The notes: generated from the sequence alone by a model not told the origin. Shown: positions 1 through 9,939, counted from the first letter of the stretch. The stretch: DNA of 64,000 nucleotides from an uncultured Desulfobacter sp. (GCA_963665095.1 OY762069.1:6624001-6688000); one strand, 5' to 3'. Numbers and translations are program-made.

Positions 1-41
1 CTGTCGTTCGTCCCTGAAACATCCTGCCACGGTGGAGCCAT
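1..41 (-). CDS. Possible 5' end of a gene running off the left edge (MAPPWQDVSGTND...)
   Basis: ATG at 41 on the minus strand with an AGAAAGG SD-like motif upstream. Only 13 codons are visible. Confidence 0.3.
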   Translation of the reverse strand, partial: MAPPWQDVSGTND

Positions 42-362
42 TTTAATTAACCTTTCTAAAAAGTAAAGGCCTGATCCTGAAATCAAAAAAGTTGCTTTTC
101 CCCGTCAAGCACTCTTGTCCTGCCCCGCAGTTTTCAAATACCTGCAGTGCCAGGAAGGATATCGCAAAAGTATTCGCAGGATCATAATCACCATAACTGG
201 TGAATTTCATTGCTCTTTGGCCTGATGTTGTGTAAATTGAAATAACACATGACATTCTTGTATCAGTAACTGCCCGTTAACGCGGGGCTGCCAGCATATT
301 AACAACTGACCAGTAATTCTTTGTTTACGATGGGGAAAATCGTTCAAAAGGGGGGCGTTTCC

Positions 363-2837
363 ATGGGAAAAGATAAGCATTATCCGGGCCAGGTGCCGGT
401 AACCAAAGACAAGTCTGTTAAAAGTCTGCACGAAGACATTCAGCAGCACATCATGACAACCATGGGGAATGATTTCTATCCCCCGCGAAAGGACACCTAT
501 TACAACGGGCTTGCCTACAGTGTCCGTGACCGGCTGGTAAAGCAGTGGCTCAACTCCCAGCGCTCCTTTTATGACAGAAGCGCCAAACGAGTCTATTATC
601 TCTCCCTGGAATTTCTTCCGGGACGGTTTCTGATGAATTATGTCACCAACATGCAGCTCAACAAGGAGTGCGAAAAGACCCTGGACGAAGCCGGGTTCAC
701 CCTGGAGGAGATTGAGGAGCAGGAGTGGGATGCCGGACTTGGTAACGGAGGGCTTGGCCGGCTTGCCTCCTGCTATATGGACTCCATGGCTTCTTTGGAT
801 ATCCCTGGCTATGGCTACGGTATCATGTATGACTACGGCATCTTTTATCAGACCATTGTCAATGGCTATCAGGTGGAACAGTGCGACAACTGGGTACGCT
901 GGGGCAATCCCTGGGAGTTCAAGCGCAGGGGCTTTCTCTCCCATGTGAAATTTTACGGCCGGTCTGAACCTTATAAGAATAAGGATGGCAAGCTTTGCTA
1001 CAGATGGGTGGACACACAGGATATTAACGCCATGGCCTGCGATATCCTGATTCCGGGGTACGGTACCCAGAATGTGAACAACATGCGGCTGTGGGCCGCC
1101 ATGTCCAGCCAGGATTTTTCTTTGCAGGAATTCAACCAGGGTGACTATATCGGTGCCATGGAGAGCAAGGTGCTTACGGAAAATATCTCCAAGGTGCTTT
1201 ATCCCAGCGACGAGAAAGAGGTGGGCCGGGAACTGCGCCTCAAGCAGCAGTACTTTTTTGTGGCCGCCACCTTCCAGGATATCCTGCGGCGGTTTAAAAA
1301 GCATAACAAGGATCATCAACTCATGCCGGAGCGGGTGGCTGTTCAGCTCAATGACACCCATCCTGCCATTGCCATTCCGGAACTGATGCGCCTGCTTTTG
1401 GATGAGGAACATCTTGAGTGGGAAGATGCCTGGGATATTTCGGTAAAGACCTTTGCCTACACCAACCACACCGTGCTTCCCGAAGCCCTGGAAACCTGGC
1501 CGGCCAGCCTTCTTTCCAGGCTTTTGCCCCGGCATATGGAGATCATCTATGAGATCAACCGGCGGTTTCTGGCCATGGTGGAGAAACAGTATCCTGACAG
1601 GCCCGAACTCTACCGCAGGGTCTCCATTATTGAGGAGGGCCCCCAGCAGCGGGTGCGCATGGCCCATCTGGCCATTGTGGGCAGCCATACGGTCAACGGT
1701 GTGGCCGCACTGCATTCAAGGATTCTTAAAGATAAACTATTCCACGATTTTGATATTATTTTTCCTGGAAAAATTATCAATGTCACAAACGGGGTCACCC
1801 CCAGGCGCTGGGTGCTTCAGGCCAACCCTGTGCTGTCCGAACTCATCACCAAAACCATAGGATCTGCGTGGATTACTGACCTTGACCAGCTCAAAAAGCT
1901 GGTTCCCCATGCAGACGACCCCAAATTTCTGAAGAAGTGGCGGCAGGTCAAATACGAGAACAAAAAGCGCCTGGTGAAATATATCAAGCGTAAAGTGGAT
2001 ATGGATGTCAGTCCGGACTCCCTGTTTGATGTCCATGTGAAGCGCATTCATGAGTATAAGCGCCAGTTGCTCAATATTTTGAATGTGATCACCCTGTATA
2101 ACCGGATAAAAAAAGACCCCGCCCTTAAGGTGGTGCCAAGAACGGTGATTTTTGGTGGCAAGGCTGCGCCTGCCTATGTACAGGCAAAGCTGATCATCAA
2201 ACTTGTCAACTCCGTGGCAGATACCATCAACAATGATCCTGACATTGGCGACAAGCTCAAAGTGGTTTTTATGCCCAATTACTGTGTTTCGGCTGCTGAA
2301 AAATTGATTCCCGCAGCCGATCTCTCGGAGCAGATATCCACGGCAGGGCTTGAGGCCTCGGGCACCGGAAACATGAAGTTTGCCCTGAACGGGGCGCTGA
2401 CCATCGGTACACTGGACGGTGCCAATATTGAGATCATGGAAGAGGTGGGAGAGGATAATATCTTTATTTTCGGGCTGACAGCCAAAGAGGTGGAACAGAA
2501 AAAAGCCCAGGGCTATAACCCATGGGATTACTACAACAGCGACGAAGAGCTGAAAAAAGCACTGGATATGGTGCGGCTGAACCACTTTATTCCGGACCAG
2601 CCGAATCTGTTTCTGCCCATCTGGGACTCTTTGATGTCCCATGGAGATAACTACCTGGTGCTGGCGGATTACAGGGCATTTATTGAGGCCCAGGAAAAGG
2701 TCAGCGCCCTTTACAGAGATCCGGAAAAATGGACCCGGTGTTCCCTGCTGAACACGGCCAATATGGGAAAATTTTCCAGCGACAGATCTGTTCGGGAATA
2801 TGCCAGAAATATCTGGAATATTGAAACCACAAAGTAG
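363..2837 (+). CDS. glgP: Glycogen/starch/alpha-glucan phosphorylase
   Basis: Motifs LGNGGLGRLASC, QLNDTHP, VKRIHEYKRQ and the PLP-lysine motif EASGTGNMKF. ATG 363 (after GGGGGG SD) is preferred over TTG 321. Confidence 0.96.
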   Translation: MGKDKHYPGQVPVTKDKSVKSLHEDIQQHIMTTMGNDFYPPRKDTYYNGLAYSVRDRLVKQWLNSQRSFYDRSAKRVYYLSLEFLPGRFLMNYVTNMQLNKECEKTLDEAGFTLEEIEEQEWDAGLGNGGLGRLASCYMDSMASLDIPGYGYGIMYDYGIFYQTIVNGYQVEQCDNWVRWGNPWEFKRRGFLSHVKFYGRSEPYKNKDGKLCYRWVDTQDINAMACDILIPGYGTQNVNNMRLWAAMSSQDFSLQEFNQGDYIGAMESKVLTENISKVLYPSDEKEVGRELRLKQQYFFVAATFQDILRRFKKHNKDHQLMPERVAVQLNDTHPAIAIPELMRLLLDEEHLEWEDAWDISVKTFAYTNHTVLPEALETWPASLLSRLLPRHMEIIYEINRRFLAMVEKQYPDRPELYRRVSIIEEGPQQRVRMAHLAIVGSHTVNGVAALHSRILKDKLFHDFDIIFPGKIINVTNGVTPRRWVLQANPVLSELITKTIGSAWITDLDQLKKLVPHADDPKFLKKWRQVKYENKKRLVKYIKRKVDMDVSPDSLFDVHVKRIHEYKRQLLNILNVITLYNRIKKDPALKVVPRTVIFGGKAAPAYVQAKLIIKLVNSVADTINNDPDIGDKLKVVFMPNYCVSAAEKLIPAADLSEQISTAGLEASGTGNMKFALNGALTIGTLDGANIEIMEEVGEDNIFIFGLTAKEVEQKKAQGYNPWDYYNSDEELKKALDMVRLNHFIPDQPNLFLPIWDSLMSHGDNYLVLADYRAFIEAQEKVSALYRDPEKWTRCSLLNTANMGKFSSDRSVREYARNIWNIETTK

Positions 2838-2848
2838 CTGTGATGGAA

Positions 2849-2895
2849 AAACAGGCATGGACGCCAGAGGGTATTCATGCCTGTTTGAATTTTTT
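2849..2895 (+). terminator. Intrinsic terminator after glgP
   Basis: Stem AAACAGGCATGGA / TTCATGCCTGTTT followed by a T-run. Confidence 0.6.
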
Positions 2896-2934
2896 CCACC
2901 ACTTTCCCTCATCAGTGGAAACAGGATGTGGGTG

Positions 2935-3227
2935 TTACATTATCGGTTTTGACGCCGTCTGCCTCCTATGAAAATTGTACTGCTCTGCCGTACGGGTCAG
3001 ATAATGGAAGAATGTGGCGGAATCGTCGCCCCCCGCATCCACGCGGTACCATAGAACATCGGATTTGCACCGGTTGACATAACTGGCTGCAAGGGATGTT
3101 TTTCCGGCGCCTGCCTGTCCCTGTATCCATATGGCTGGGTGGCGCCGGTACTGGTCCAGAAGATTAAACAGCCGGGCCCTTTGATACAAACCGGGCAGAA
3201 AGGCGGCAGGGTTTTCGCAATGCTCAT
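2935..3227 (-). pseudogene. Truncated, frameshifted N-terminus of a MalT-like/BTAD STAND-ATPase transcriptional regulator
   Basis: MSIAKTLPP (one frame) joins LPGLYQRARLFNLLD...WIQGQAGAGKTSL...LWYRVDAGGDDSATFFHYL (another frame). Walker A is intact but the frame stops after about 100 codons. Confidence 0.7.
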
Positions 3228-3420
3228 AAGCTGTTTTAACCGTTCCGATAATAAAACGCATAGTGTATTTGACTATCTCTTACGTATAGGCAGTGCATTC
3301 CTGGTTGTCAACCAGGTGCGATTTTTTAGGTATTGGGAAGGATTTTCATGCATGGGGGGATAACATAGAAATAGACTGAAATGCAGTTTGTGTTTGTCTG
3401 ATATTTTCCTGATATACCTG

Positions 3421-3449
3421 TTGACAAAAAAGGGCAGCACAGTTAAATC
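3421..3449 (+). promoter_or_regulatory. Candidate sigma70 promoter of the TonB/ABC operon
   Basis: Perfect TTGACA at 3421-3426 and a weak -10 (TTAAAT/TAAATC) 16-17 nt downstream. Confidence 0.4.
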
Positions 3450-3514
3450 ATGCCAACTGCGCAAAATGAAGTTGTGCTGAAGTTAGAAATTTGCTGAGTT
3501 TAAAATAGATAACC

Positions 3515-3577
3515 AAAAGCCAGGAAGGCTTAAACCGGATACGTATCCGGTTTGGGTCTCCTGGCTTTTTTGTTTTT
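3515..3577 (+). terminator. Leader terminator/attenuator hairpin upstream of the TonB receptor gene
   Basis: AAAAGCCAGGA...TCCTGGCTTTT stem encloses the perfect palindrome AAACCGGATACGTATCCGGTTT and is followed by TTTTTTGTTTTT. It lies between the candidate promoter and the start codon. Confidence 0.65.
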
Positions 3578-3687
3578 AAATCAGTCGGATAGGGGAATGT
3601 TGGATGGAAAGTGGGTGTTTAAGCATGGATTGGTAAGCGTTATTACTGTTTTTATGGATATGATAGAGCGATGAAAAGGGAGGATGA

Positions 3688-5832
3688 ATGAAACACGTAA
3701 ATTGGATTCTTTTTACCGCAATTCTTTGTGGGATGTTTTTTGCACATCCCGGATGGGCGACTCAGGATAGTCAGATTGTCGGTCTTCAGGAAATTGTTGT
3801 CAGTGCCCCGAGATCTGACAGAACCGTTGTGGAGACCCCTTCCAGTGTCACGGTGATCACCGCCGACGACATTGAGGAGATGGGGGCCACCAGCATTGTT
3901 GAGATTGTGGAGAGTATTCCCGGCGTTGTTAAGGACAGCGACAGCCGAGAGCGGCTGACATTCAGAGGCAACCGCAGTTCGCAGTCAGCCGGCGTACTGG
4001 TTCTGATTGACGGGGTTCCGGCCAACAGCGGTATTTCAGGGTATGTGGAATTTGATGCCATTTCCGTGACCGATATTGAGCGCATTGAAGTGATCCGGTC
4101 TTCGGCTGCTGTGGCGTTTGGACCTGATGCATCCAGGGGCGCTGTCAATATTATTACCAAAAAGGGAAAAGAGGGCTCATTTGCCGGGAAAGCCAGTGTG
4201 TCATACGGTTCCTGGGACAGTCTGAAGGTCTCTGCCAGTGCCACGGGCCGGGAGGGAAACTGGGATTATGCCTTTGCCGGTTCTTCCTTTAACACGGACG
4301 GCTATGAAGATGATAGCAAAGAGCAGGGCAGTGCCCGGGTAAGTGTGGGGCATAATTTCAGTGAGAATACTCGCCTTGGATTTAATCTGAGCTGGCAGAA
4401 TGCAGAATATGATACCATTTACGGCAAGAGTCTGTGGCAGGCGGAAAATTACCGCCGGGAAAGGATTTTTCCAACCTCGGAAACAGATGACACCCTGGTG
4501 CACAACAGGGAAAATGAAGATGAAAATACAGCGGTCAGTCTTCAGTTCAATACAAAAAATGAGACCTCTTTTTTCAACAGCCTGGTCTCTTACGATACCA
4601 CGGATCATGTCTACAGATATCTGCCCAAACGGCTGAACGCCAGCTACAGCACCACCAGTTCCTACTATGACTACCAGGAGGACAGTGAGCAGGACCGCAT
4701 CCTTGCCAGGGCCAGCGGCGGGTATCATTTCCAGTTCAGCAAAATCAGATACACCCCCACCCTTGGCGTGGATTATGAAGATATTTCATTTGACCAGACC
4801 AAATCATATCCATGGTCACCCACACCGATCTCTTCTTCCCAGCAGTCCGCAGCCAACAAAGGGACACTGGATACGGAAAGGGAACGGTATGGTATTTTTC
4901 TGAACAATGAACTGGATTTCGGTGAAAAGTGGGAACTGAATTTCTCCGGCCGTTTTGACCGGGTGGAATATGATGTTGAAAGCCAGCAGCCCAATGAGGT
5001 GTCCAACACCCATTCTGACTGGTCCTGGGATATAACCCCGGCCTTTCATCCCACCAAGGACGCCACCCTGTATGCGTCCCTGTCCAAATCATACTGGTAT
5101 CCGGTGCTGATCTATTATAAATATGCCATGGAATACGGGGATGACGAAAACCCGCCCGAGGATCTGGCACCGGAAGAGTACCAGACCGTTGAGCTGGGGT
5201 ATAAACAATATGTCAGCCCCATGCTCAGCCTTGCCAGTACAGTATATTACACCAAGGTGGAAAATAAATTCCTGTCACTTTACGACAATTCTACCTGGAA
5301 GGGATACCAGAATGTCGGGGAATCTGAGCACAAAGGTGTTGAACTGGAAGCTTCCGGCCGTTTGAACACCATGGTGGGCTACCGTCTCCAGGGCGCCTAC
5401 CAGAAGGCAGAATGGGAAGACGGTACATTCAGGGCCTATGTATGGGGTGCGACTCCGGCTGACGACACAAGGCAGAATGTGGATATATCCGGACAGGATG
5501 TCCCCCATGTGCCCAAACTCACCGGTACATTCGGCCTGGACTTCTATTTTCTGGAGAGATGGAAATTCAGTGCAGACCTCAATTATACTGGAAAGCAGTA
5601 TGTGGATGTCCTGAACAGATATGAGATCGGCAGTTTTGTTACCACAGACCTCAAGCTGACCTATACCGCAGATAAATACAAGGTATGGATCCTGTGCAAT
5701 AATATTTTTGACAAGGAGAAGGACAATATTTTTAACGAGACCGGCGAAAGAAATTCAGACGGTACCGGTGACAGCCTCTACTATCCGCTTAACGGGCGGT
5801 ATGTTGAGGCCGGGGTGTCCTTTGCCTTTTAA
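3688..5832 (+). CDS. TonB-dependent outer-membrane receptor (corrinoid/metal-chelate class)
   Basis: Signal peptide, TonB box EIVVSA, plug motifs VLVLIDGVP and IERIEVIR, C-terminal Phe (VSFAF), 714 aa. Confidence 0.93.
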   Translation: MKHVNWILFTAILCGMFFAHPGWATQDSQIVGLQEIVVSAPRSDRTVVETPSSVTVITADDIEEMGATSIVEIVESIPGVVKDSDSRERLTFRGNRSSQSAGVLVLIDGVPANSGISGYVEFDAISVTDIERIEVIRSSAAVAFGPDASRGAVNIITKKGKEGSFAGKASVSYGSWDSLKVSASATGREGNWDYAFAGSSFNTDGYEDDSKEQGSARVSVGHNFSENTRLGFNLSWQNAEYDTIYGKSLWQAENYRRERIFPTSETDDTLVHNRENEDENTAVSLQFNTKNETSFFNSLVSYDTTDHVYRYLPKRLNASYSTTSSYYDYQEDSEQDRILARASGGYHFQFSKIRYTPTLGVDYEDISFDQTKSYPWSPTPISSSQQSAANKGTLDTERERYGIFLNNELDFGEKWELNFSGRFDRVEYDVESQQPNEVSNTHSDWSWDITPAFHPTKDATLYASLSKSYWYPVLIYYKYAMEYGDDENPPEDLAPEEYQTVELGYKQYVSPMLSLASTVYYTKVENKFLSLYDNSTWKGYQNVGESEHKGVELEASGRLNTMVGYRLQGAYQKAEWEDGTFRAYVWGATPADDTRQNVDISGQDVPHVPKLTGTFGLDFYFLERWKFSADLNYTGKQYVDVLNRYEIGSFVTTDLKLTYTADKYKVWILCNNIFDKEKDNIFNETGERNSDGTGDSLYYPLNGRYVEAGVSFAF

Positions 5833-5851
5833 GCGGACAGTCTGAATTTTA

Positions 5852-6895
5852 ATGAAAAACTTTATCCTCATTGTGGCCATGGCAGCCTTCATGGCCTGTG
5901 CAGCAGCCCCGGTGGATGCGTCAGCCGGGGCTGTTGCCGAGAACAGGATCGTGGTCATTGAAGATGCCACAGGCACACAAAAAGAGGTCCGGCTGCCGGT
6001 GAAAACGCTGGTGGTGCTGACCTCGGATGCCCTGGAGGTGATCCGGTCCTTAGGGGCATCTGACTGTGTGGCAGGGGTCTATTCCGGAATTTTGAAAAAC
6101 GGCCTGTTCTGGCCCCAGCTCAACGACAGGCCCAAGGTGGGCACCTGGAAGGAGATCAACTACGAACAGGTGGTCGGGCTCAATGTTGATGCTGTACTCT
6201 GTTACGGATCCAGGCCCGGCCCGGACATGGAAAAAAAACTGGCCCCCTTTGGCATCCAGGTGATCCGGCTTGATTTTTACAAGCCTGCCACCCTGCAACG
6301 GGAGGTAACGGACCTTGGCCGGATTCTTGGAAAGGAAAAAGAGGCGGCCGAACTTGCTGCCTGGTATGGTGAGCACTTAACCCATATAAAAAGTTTTCTG
6401 GATACCAATCCTGCACACCCGAAAGTCTATCTTGAAGGGGATTCCAATTACCATACGGCCGGGCCCGGTTCCGGGGGGCACGCCATGTGTGTATCTGCCG
6501 GGGGAGACAATATTGCAGCAAATCTGGCCATTCCCTACCCGGAAGTGACGTCGGAGTGGATTGTGACAGCAGACCCTGAGTCAATCGTCAAGGTCACAAC
6601 CAAGAGTGCGGGCGGGTCATCTTACAGTATGACAGATACCAGGAATTTTGAATCCATCAGAAAAAGCATCATGGCACGTCCTGCATGGTCTCACATTGCT
6701 GCAGTCAGACAGGGCAGGGTGCACGTGATTGCCAATGATATCTGGACCGGCCCCAGGGCGGTGGTGGGCATGTATTATCTGGTCAAATGGTTTTTCCCGG
6801 AGGCATCAGCAGATTTCCATCCTGACCTTCTTCACAGACAATACCTTGAAAAATTCCAGAAAATCCCGTATCAGGGCGTGTATGTTTACCCTTAA
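5852..6895 (+). CDS. ABC transporter substrate-binding protein (BtuF/FecB class)
   Basis: Signal peptide, a 'AWSHIAAVRQGRVHVI' type motif, and operon context. Confidence 0.88.
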   Translation: MKNFILIVAMAAFMACAAAPVDASAGAVAENRIVVIEDATGTQKEVRLPVKTLVVLTSDALEVIRSLGASDCVAGVYSGILKNGLFWPQLNDRPKVGTWKEINYEQVVGLNVDAVLCYGSRPGPDMEKKLAPFGIQVIRLDFYKPATLQREVTDLGRILGKEKEAAELAAWYGEHLTHIKSFLDTNPAHPKVYLEGDSNYHTAGPGSGGHAMCVSAGGDNIAANLAIPYPEVTSEWIVTADPESIVKVTTKSAGGSSYSMTDTRNFESIRKSIMARPAWSHIAAVRQGRVHVIANDIWTGPRAVVGMYYLVKWFFPEASADFHPDLLHRQYLEKFQKIPYQGVYVYP

Positions 6896-6919
6896 ATTAA
6901 ATAAGAACTTTTTTAACTG

Positions 6920-7942
6920 ATGAATGAGATCCAGGACCAATACCAGGGTGCGGGTACAAAAAAGCTCTTTTTTATTTTTTTTCTTTTTCTGGTGCTGGCC
7001 GGTATGGTTGTGGCGGCCCTGTGCCTGGGGGCTTCCACCATGGGGTTTGCCGACTCCCTGAAAGCGTTGATCTCCCCGTCCGGACGCTCTTCAGCCATCA
7101 TCTGGCAGCTTCGTCTGCCCAGGATTGTCATGGCGGTTCTGGTGGGCGGGGGCCTTGCCGTGGCAGGGGCCGTGTTCCAGGCCATCTTGAAGAATCCTTT
7201 GGCCTCGCCCTATACCTTGGGCATTGCCTCAAGCGCCGGATTCGGGGCTGTGGCTGCCATTATTTTCGGTGGCACCCTGTACGGCCAGTATCTGGTGGCA
7301 GGCTCTGCCTTTTTTTTCGCCCTGGCAGCATCCTTTCTCATTCTGGGCATTGCAAGGTTTAAGAGCACCTCCCCCGAGGTGATGATTCTTTCGGGCATTG
7401 CCATCATGTTTTTGTTTTCATCGCTCTCCTCCTTCCTGCAGTACATGGGCACGGTGGAGCAGGTCCATGAAATCGTGTTCTGGTTTTTCGGCAGCCTGAC
7501 CAAGGTGGGATGGCAGGATATCACGGTGGCGGCTGTGATGATTATCCTGCCCGTACCGTTTCTGCTGAAACTCTCCTTTGATTTTAATCTGCTGGCCGCA
7601 GGAGATGAATCAGCCAAAGCCCTGGGTGTCAATGTCACAGGCATCCGCACCGCCGGCGTGATCCTTGCCTCTCTGATTACCGCGGCCAGCATCTGCTTTA
7701 CCGGGGTGATCGGGTTCATCGGCCTTGTGGCCCCCCACATTGCCCGTATGATTGTGGGAAGCGACCACTGGTACTTACTGCCCTCATCCGGGCTCATCGG
7801 TGCCATCCTGGTCCTGGCCGCAGACACGGCCGGCCGCACCTTTTGGGCCCCCCAGGTGATTCCCCTGGGCATTGTCACCTCCTTTATCGGCGTGCCGTTT
7901 TTCTTCTACCTGCTCATGAAAAAAAAGAAGGCGTACTGGTAA
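6920..7942 (+). CDS. ABC transporter permease (FecCD/BtuC family)
   Basis: Motifs IWQLRLPRIV, FQAILKNPLASPYTLGI and GVIGFIGLVAPHIAR. Confidence 0.94.
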   Translation: MNEIQDQYQGAGTKKLFFIFFLFLVLAGMVVAALCLGASTMGFADSLKALISPSGRSSAIIWQLRLPRIVMAVLVGGGLAVAGAVFQAILKNPLASPYTLGIASSAGFGAVAAIIFGGTLYGQYLVAGSAFFFALAASFLILGIARFKSTSPEVMILSGIAIMFLFSSLSSFLQYMGTVEQVHEIVFWFFGSLTKVGWQDITVAAVMIILPVPFLLKLSFDFNLLAAGDESAKALGVNVTGIRTAGVILASLITAASICFTGVIGFIGLVAPHIARMIVGSDHWYLLPSSGLIGAILVLAADTAGRTFWAPQVIPLGIVTSFIGVPFFFYLLMKKKKAYW

Positions 7943-8709
7943 TGCTTCAGGTTGATGCGCTCAGGTTCGGATACAGAAAAAGAATCATTCTTGATAATAT
8001 CTGCCTTGATATTCACAAAGGGGAGATGGTCAGCATTGCCGGACCCAACGGCACTGGAAAGACAACCCTGATAAAATGCCTTGCCGGCATCCACCGGCCC
8101 ACCAGCGGAAGGGTGAAAATAAACGGCAAGGATATCTTTGAGATGCACCGCCGGGAGCATGCCCGGTGTGTGGGGTATGTGCCCCAGAGCTCTCCGTCCA
8201 AGTTCCCCATCACCGTATTTGAAGCCGTACTCATGGGCCGTCGCCCCTATATTACCTGGAAGCCGTCCAAGGCCGATTATGAGAAAACCGCCCGGGTCAT
8301 TGAGTCCATGAACCTGAAGGATATTGCGTTAAGGGATTTTGACAAGCTTTCCGGCGGGCAAAAGCAAAAGGTGCTGCTTGCCCGGGCCATTGCCCAGGAC
8401 ACCGACTACCTGCTTCTGGACGAACCCACCTCCAACCTTGACCTGAAACACCAGCTCGACGTCCTGGAGATGATCGCAGACCTGGTCAAAACAAAACAGG
8501 TGGCAGCAGTCCTGGCCATGCATGACCTGAATCTTGCCTCACGCTTTTCCCATAGGGTGGTGATGATGAAACAGGGCCATATTCTTTACCAGGGCACACC
8601 CCTAGAGGTGATGACGCCGGAAAATATCAGCACGGTGTACGGGGTTCATGCCATTGTCAGTCAGAATGAAGGCCATCCATATATCCTGCCCACAGGAACC
8701 GTCAGATAG
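7942..8709 (+). CDS. ABC transporter ATP-binding protein (FecE/BtuD family)
   Basis: Walker A GPNGTGKT, signature LSGGQKQK, Walker B LLLDEPT. The start overlaps the permease stop (TAATG), so 7942 is used rather than 7843. Confidence 0.94.
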   Translation: MLQVDALRFGYRKRIILDNICLDIHKGEMVSIAGPNGTGKTTLIKCLAGIHRPTSGRVKINGKDIFEMHRREHARCVGYVPQSSPSKFPITVFEAVLMGRRPYITWKPSKADYEKTARVIESMNLKDIALRDFDKLSGGQKQKVLLARAIAQDTDYLLLDEPTSNLDLKHQLDVLEMIADLVKTKQVAAVLAMHDLNLASRFSHRVVMMKQGHILYQGTPLEVMTPENISTVYGVHAIVSQNEGHPYILPTGTVR

Positions 8710-8712
8710 CCC

Positions 8713-9669
8713 ATGCTTGCAATTTTAGGATCGGCCTTTCTTTCCACGCTTAAATTCCTTGCCGCCATGGTCCCGGTGTTTGCCGCAGGCGTTATCGGTG
8801 CTGAGTTTATTGTGGCTTTAGGATGGGTGAACAAAATCGCCTGGATCACCCGGCCCCTTACCCGCTTAGGCCATCTAAAGCCCGAGTGCGGGGCAAGTTT
8901 CCTCACTGCCTTTCTCTCGCCTGCTGCCGGTAATGCCATGCTGGTCCAGCACTTTGACGCCGGCCTCATTGATAAACGGCAGCTTGTGATTGCTGCCATT
9001 GCCAATACATTTCCGGGCATTGTCATGCACTGGCGCAGCATGCTGCCCATGGCCATCCCGCTGATCGGGGTCTGGGCTGTGGTCTATTACCTGCTCCTTG
9101 TGCTGGTGGGGTTCATTAAAACCATCATCGCCCTTTTAATGGGCCGGCTTTTTCTTGACCAGCACCGGGCAGACAGGTCAAACGATTTTGGCACTATCAG
9201 TCCGGCCGCCGCGCCATCATGGACGCTCTTCATTTCAAGCGTAAAAAAGGGCAGGCAAACCATTTTTCGTGTTATAAAAACCTCGGTACCTGTGACTGCT
9301 GTCATGTTCTTGCTTATCCATGCCGGTGTTTTTGACCATGTCAGCCAGTGGCTGTCAGGGCTGACCTGGTTTGTCCCCTTGTCGCCCAAGGCACTGTCCA
9401 TTGTGGCCACGCGCCTTGCCAGCAATGTGGGCGCGTTTACTGTGGCCGGAAACCTGCTTTATGCAGGAAAGGTATCAGGCCCGGAGGTGGTGATGGCGTT
9501 GCTCGTGGGAAATCTTCTGGCCAGCGGCATCAACCTGCGCTATCTGATCCCCTATTATTTCGGGATATTTGGCTCCGGCACAGGACTTTGGGTGCTCGCG
9601 GTCTCCACAGGGCTGCGCGTGGTGATCATGGTGGGATTAATCTGGGTGCTGTTTCAGATTTGGGTGTAA
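8713..9669 (+). CDS. Nucleoside-recognition (Gate domain) membrane protein
   Basis: Multi-TM, two-repeat architecture, motif PLTRLGHL...ASFLTAFLSPAAGNAML. Starts 3 nt after the ATPase stop. Confidence 0.72.
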   Translation: MLAILGSAFLSTLKFLAAMVPVFAAGVIGAEFIVALGWVNKIAWITRPLTRLGHLKPECGASFLTAFLSPAAGNAMLVQHFDAGLIDKRQLVIAAIANTFPGIVMHWRSMLPMAIPLIGVWAVVYYLLLVLVGFIKTIIALLMGRLFLDQHRADRSNDFGTISPAAAPSWTLFISSVKKGRQTIFRVIKTSVPVTAVMFLLIHAGVFDHVSQWLSGLTWFVPLSPKALSIVATRLASNVGAFTVAGNLLYAGKVSGPEVVMALLVGNLLASGINLRYLIPYYFGIFGSGTGLWVLAVSTGLRVVIMVGLIWVLFQIWV

Positions 9670-9939
9670 AATGCGAATAGTTAAGAACCCTGCAACCGAA
9701 CCGCTTACCTTATAATTCAAGCTTACCAGCCTCTTTAGCTTGCTCTCCCTGATGACGCTTAAGGAACATTCAATTGATTTGACCATATCATCCAAACCTT
9801 TGCCTTACCCGGGTTGAGGCTTCCAGGAGGGTCTCCGCCCCACAGCTTTTACCCCTTCCGCAGGTATGGAATTCGATATTTTATCAGTCGAAGCGTGTGG
9901 ATATATTAAATTTACAGTTGGGTTTTGGGGCCGGATCGC

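Noticed and set aside
207..2912. Long minus-strand ORFs (502 aa and 391 aa) opposite glgP
   Set aside because: Antisense shadows of a conserved, codon-biased gene; no recognisable motifs.
3430..3580. Cobalamin riboswitch before the TonB receptor
   Set aside because: AGCCAGGA and GCCAACTG resemble fragments, but the AGGGAA/CCCGC core and the B12-box order are absent on the sense strand.
8707..8715. In-frame TAG-CCC-ATG between the ABC ATPase and the Gate protein (readthrough or pyrrolysine fusion)
   Set aside because: The ATPase is complete at the TAG, TAG ends several ordinary genes here, and no pyl genes are in the window.
9690..9900. Possible gene remnant or sRNA between the Gate gene and lysR
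   Set aside because: Only short broken frames with no recognisable motif or stable structure.
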